The notes under the pieces were generated by a model. The model saw only the letters and a program-made list of their open reading frames with translations, was not told the origin of the DNA and ran no database searches. Below are positions 63,397 to 64,000 of a stretch of 64,000 bases of DNA, piece by piece. Where the stretch lies: the IMG/VR virus record IMGVR_UViG_3300030099_004448, positions 124,001 through 188,000 of that record. One strand, written 5' to 3'. Numbering within the stretch: position 1 is the stretch's first letter; every line of letters begins with the position of its first letter. Position numbers and translations under genes: made by a program.

Positions 63397-64000
63397 AACT
63401 GAAAGGTCTTCCGACTTTATATTATCTGAATCTAGACGAACGACCAGATCGTAGGGAATACACAGAACTACAATACGATGAGTTGGGGATCACTAACTTC
63501 AAGAGATTTTCTGGTTCTGAGTATAAATTTGATAATTTTTTAGATTGGAAAGAACGGGTAATATTGAATGATATGTCTGATTGTGTCAGATGGAGACAAC
63601 ATATCATTGAAATTGCAATAGCAATCTCTACTCTCGATATGATTAAACATTGGTTGACTACGACCAATGAGAAACATCTTCTACTAATGGAAGATGACTA
63701 CGATTATCGATTCGTCAAATATTGGCATTTTGATTGGGAATATTTGATGAATCATATTCCTTTTGATTGGGACTGTATCCAACTTGGGTTTGAAAACGAA
63801 CATGAGATTCCATGTTTTCTTCATCCAATCAGATCACATCATGATTATGGTCCTATTCTAATTAATAGACCATATGCAGAGAAGTTGATGAGACTTTTTA
63901 CTGTTGGTGATCAATACGATCTTTCCCAGAGGATTCAAAACTATAAGTGGGGAAAGATGTTAGATATGCCCAATAGGACTATTGATTATTTCATGTGTCA
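63393..64000 (+). CDS. GT25-like glycosyltransferase #3, 3' truncated by the window edge
   Basis: Manual translation MKLKGLPTLYYLNLDERPDRREY...LLLMEDD...IPFDWDCIQLG; absent from the ORF track because there is no stop in the window. Confidence 0.78.
   Translation, partial: MKLKGLPTLYYLNLDERPDRREYTELQYDELGITNFKRFSGSEYKFDNFLDWKERVILNDMSDCVRWRQHIIEIAIAISTLDMIKHWLTTTNEKHLLLMEDDYDYRFVKYWHFDWEYLMNHIPFDWDCIQLGFENEHEIPCFLHPIRSHHDYGPILINRPYAEKLMRLFTVGDQYDLSQRIQNYKWGKMLDMPNRTIDYFMC

Noticed and set aside
1-64000. Window being a cyanobacterial chromosome segment (psbA/psbD, zwf, gnd, glgP, kds, LPS-type genes)
   Set aside because: Tail-fibre genes, T4-type late promoters, phage-type TalC and short Gnd, dense micro-ORFs and low GC all indicate a T4-like cyanophage.

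Overview
This window is a 64-kb segment of a T4-like marine cyanomyovirus (Synechococcus-phage type), not a host chromosome. The evidence is AT-rich, tightly packed ORFs with ATGA overlaps, T4-type late promoters (ATAAATA/CTAAATA), sigma70-like early promoters and host-derived auxiliary metabolic genes. In order it contains: (1) zwf (5' truncated) and gnd, then a block of membrane/secreted proteins; (2) a minus-strand late module with two tail-fibre-like proteins flanking a subtilisin-like protease; (3) a carbamoyltransferase, an SGNH-like protein, a GIY-YIG nuclease and a lysozyme-like protein; (4) a tRNA region (8 tRNAs in the window) with two unexplained structured RNAs, an HNH nuclease, an NdhP-like micro-ORF and two paralogous SPASM/twitch radical SAM enzymes; (5) a tandem wcaG/manA-like RNA leading a large sugar-nucleotide/glycosyltransferase operon (GME-like epimerase, ugd, nadE, three GT11, GT10, GT25); (6) two hli genes, a full-length glycogen phosphorylase, a CDI-like GT8 and a tandem array of six paralogous unknown proteins with a ParB/Srx-like GxGR motif; (7) psbA (with an assembly gap), thioredoxin, petE, petF and psbD; (8) convergent kdsB/kdsA, an amidinotransferase, a radical SAM enzyme, a cupin and talC; (9) duplicated tail-collar-like genes, a double 2OG-Fe(II) oxygenase and three GT25-like paralogs. 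The most notable items are glgP, the six-paralog array, a possible GDP-L-galactose/Kdo glycan pathway and the unexplained RNAs. All family calls are from motif recognition by eye; no database searches were run.
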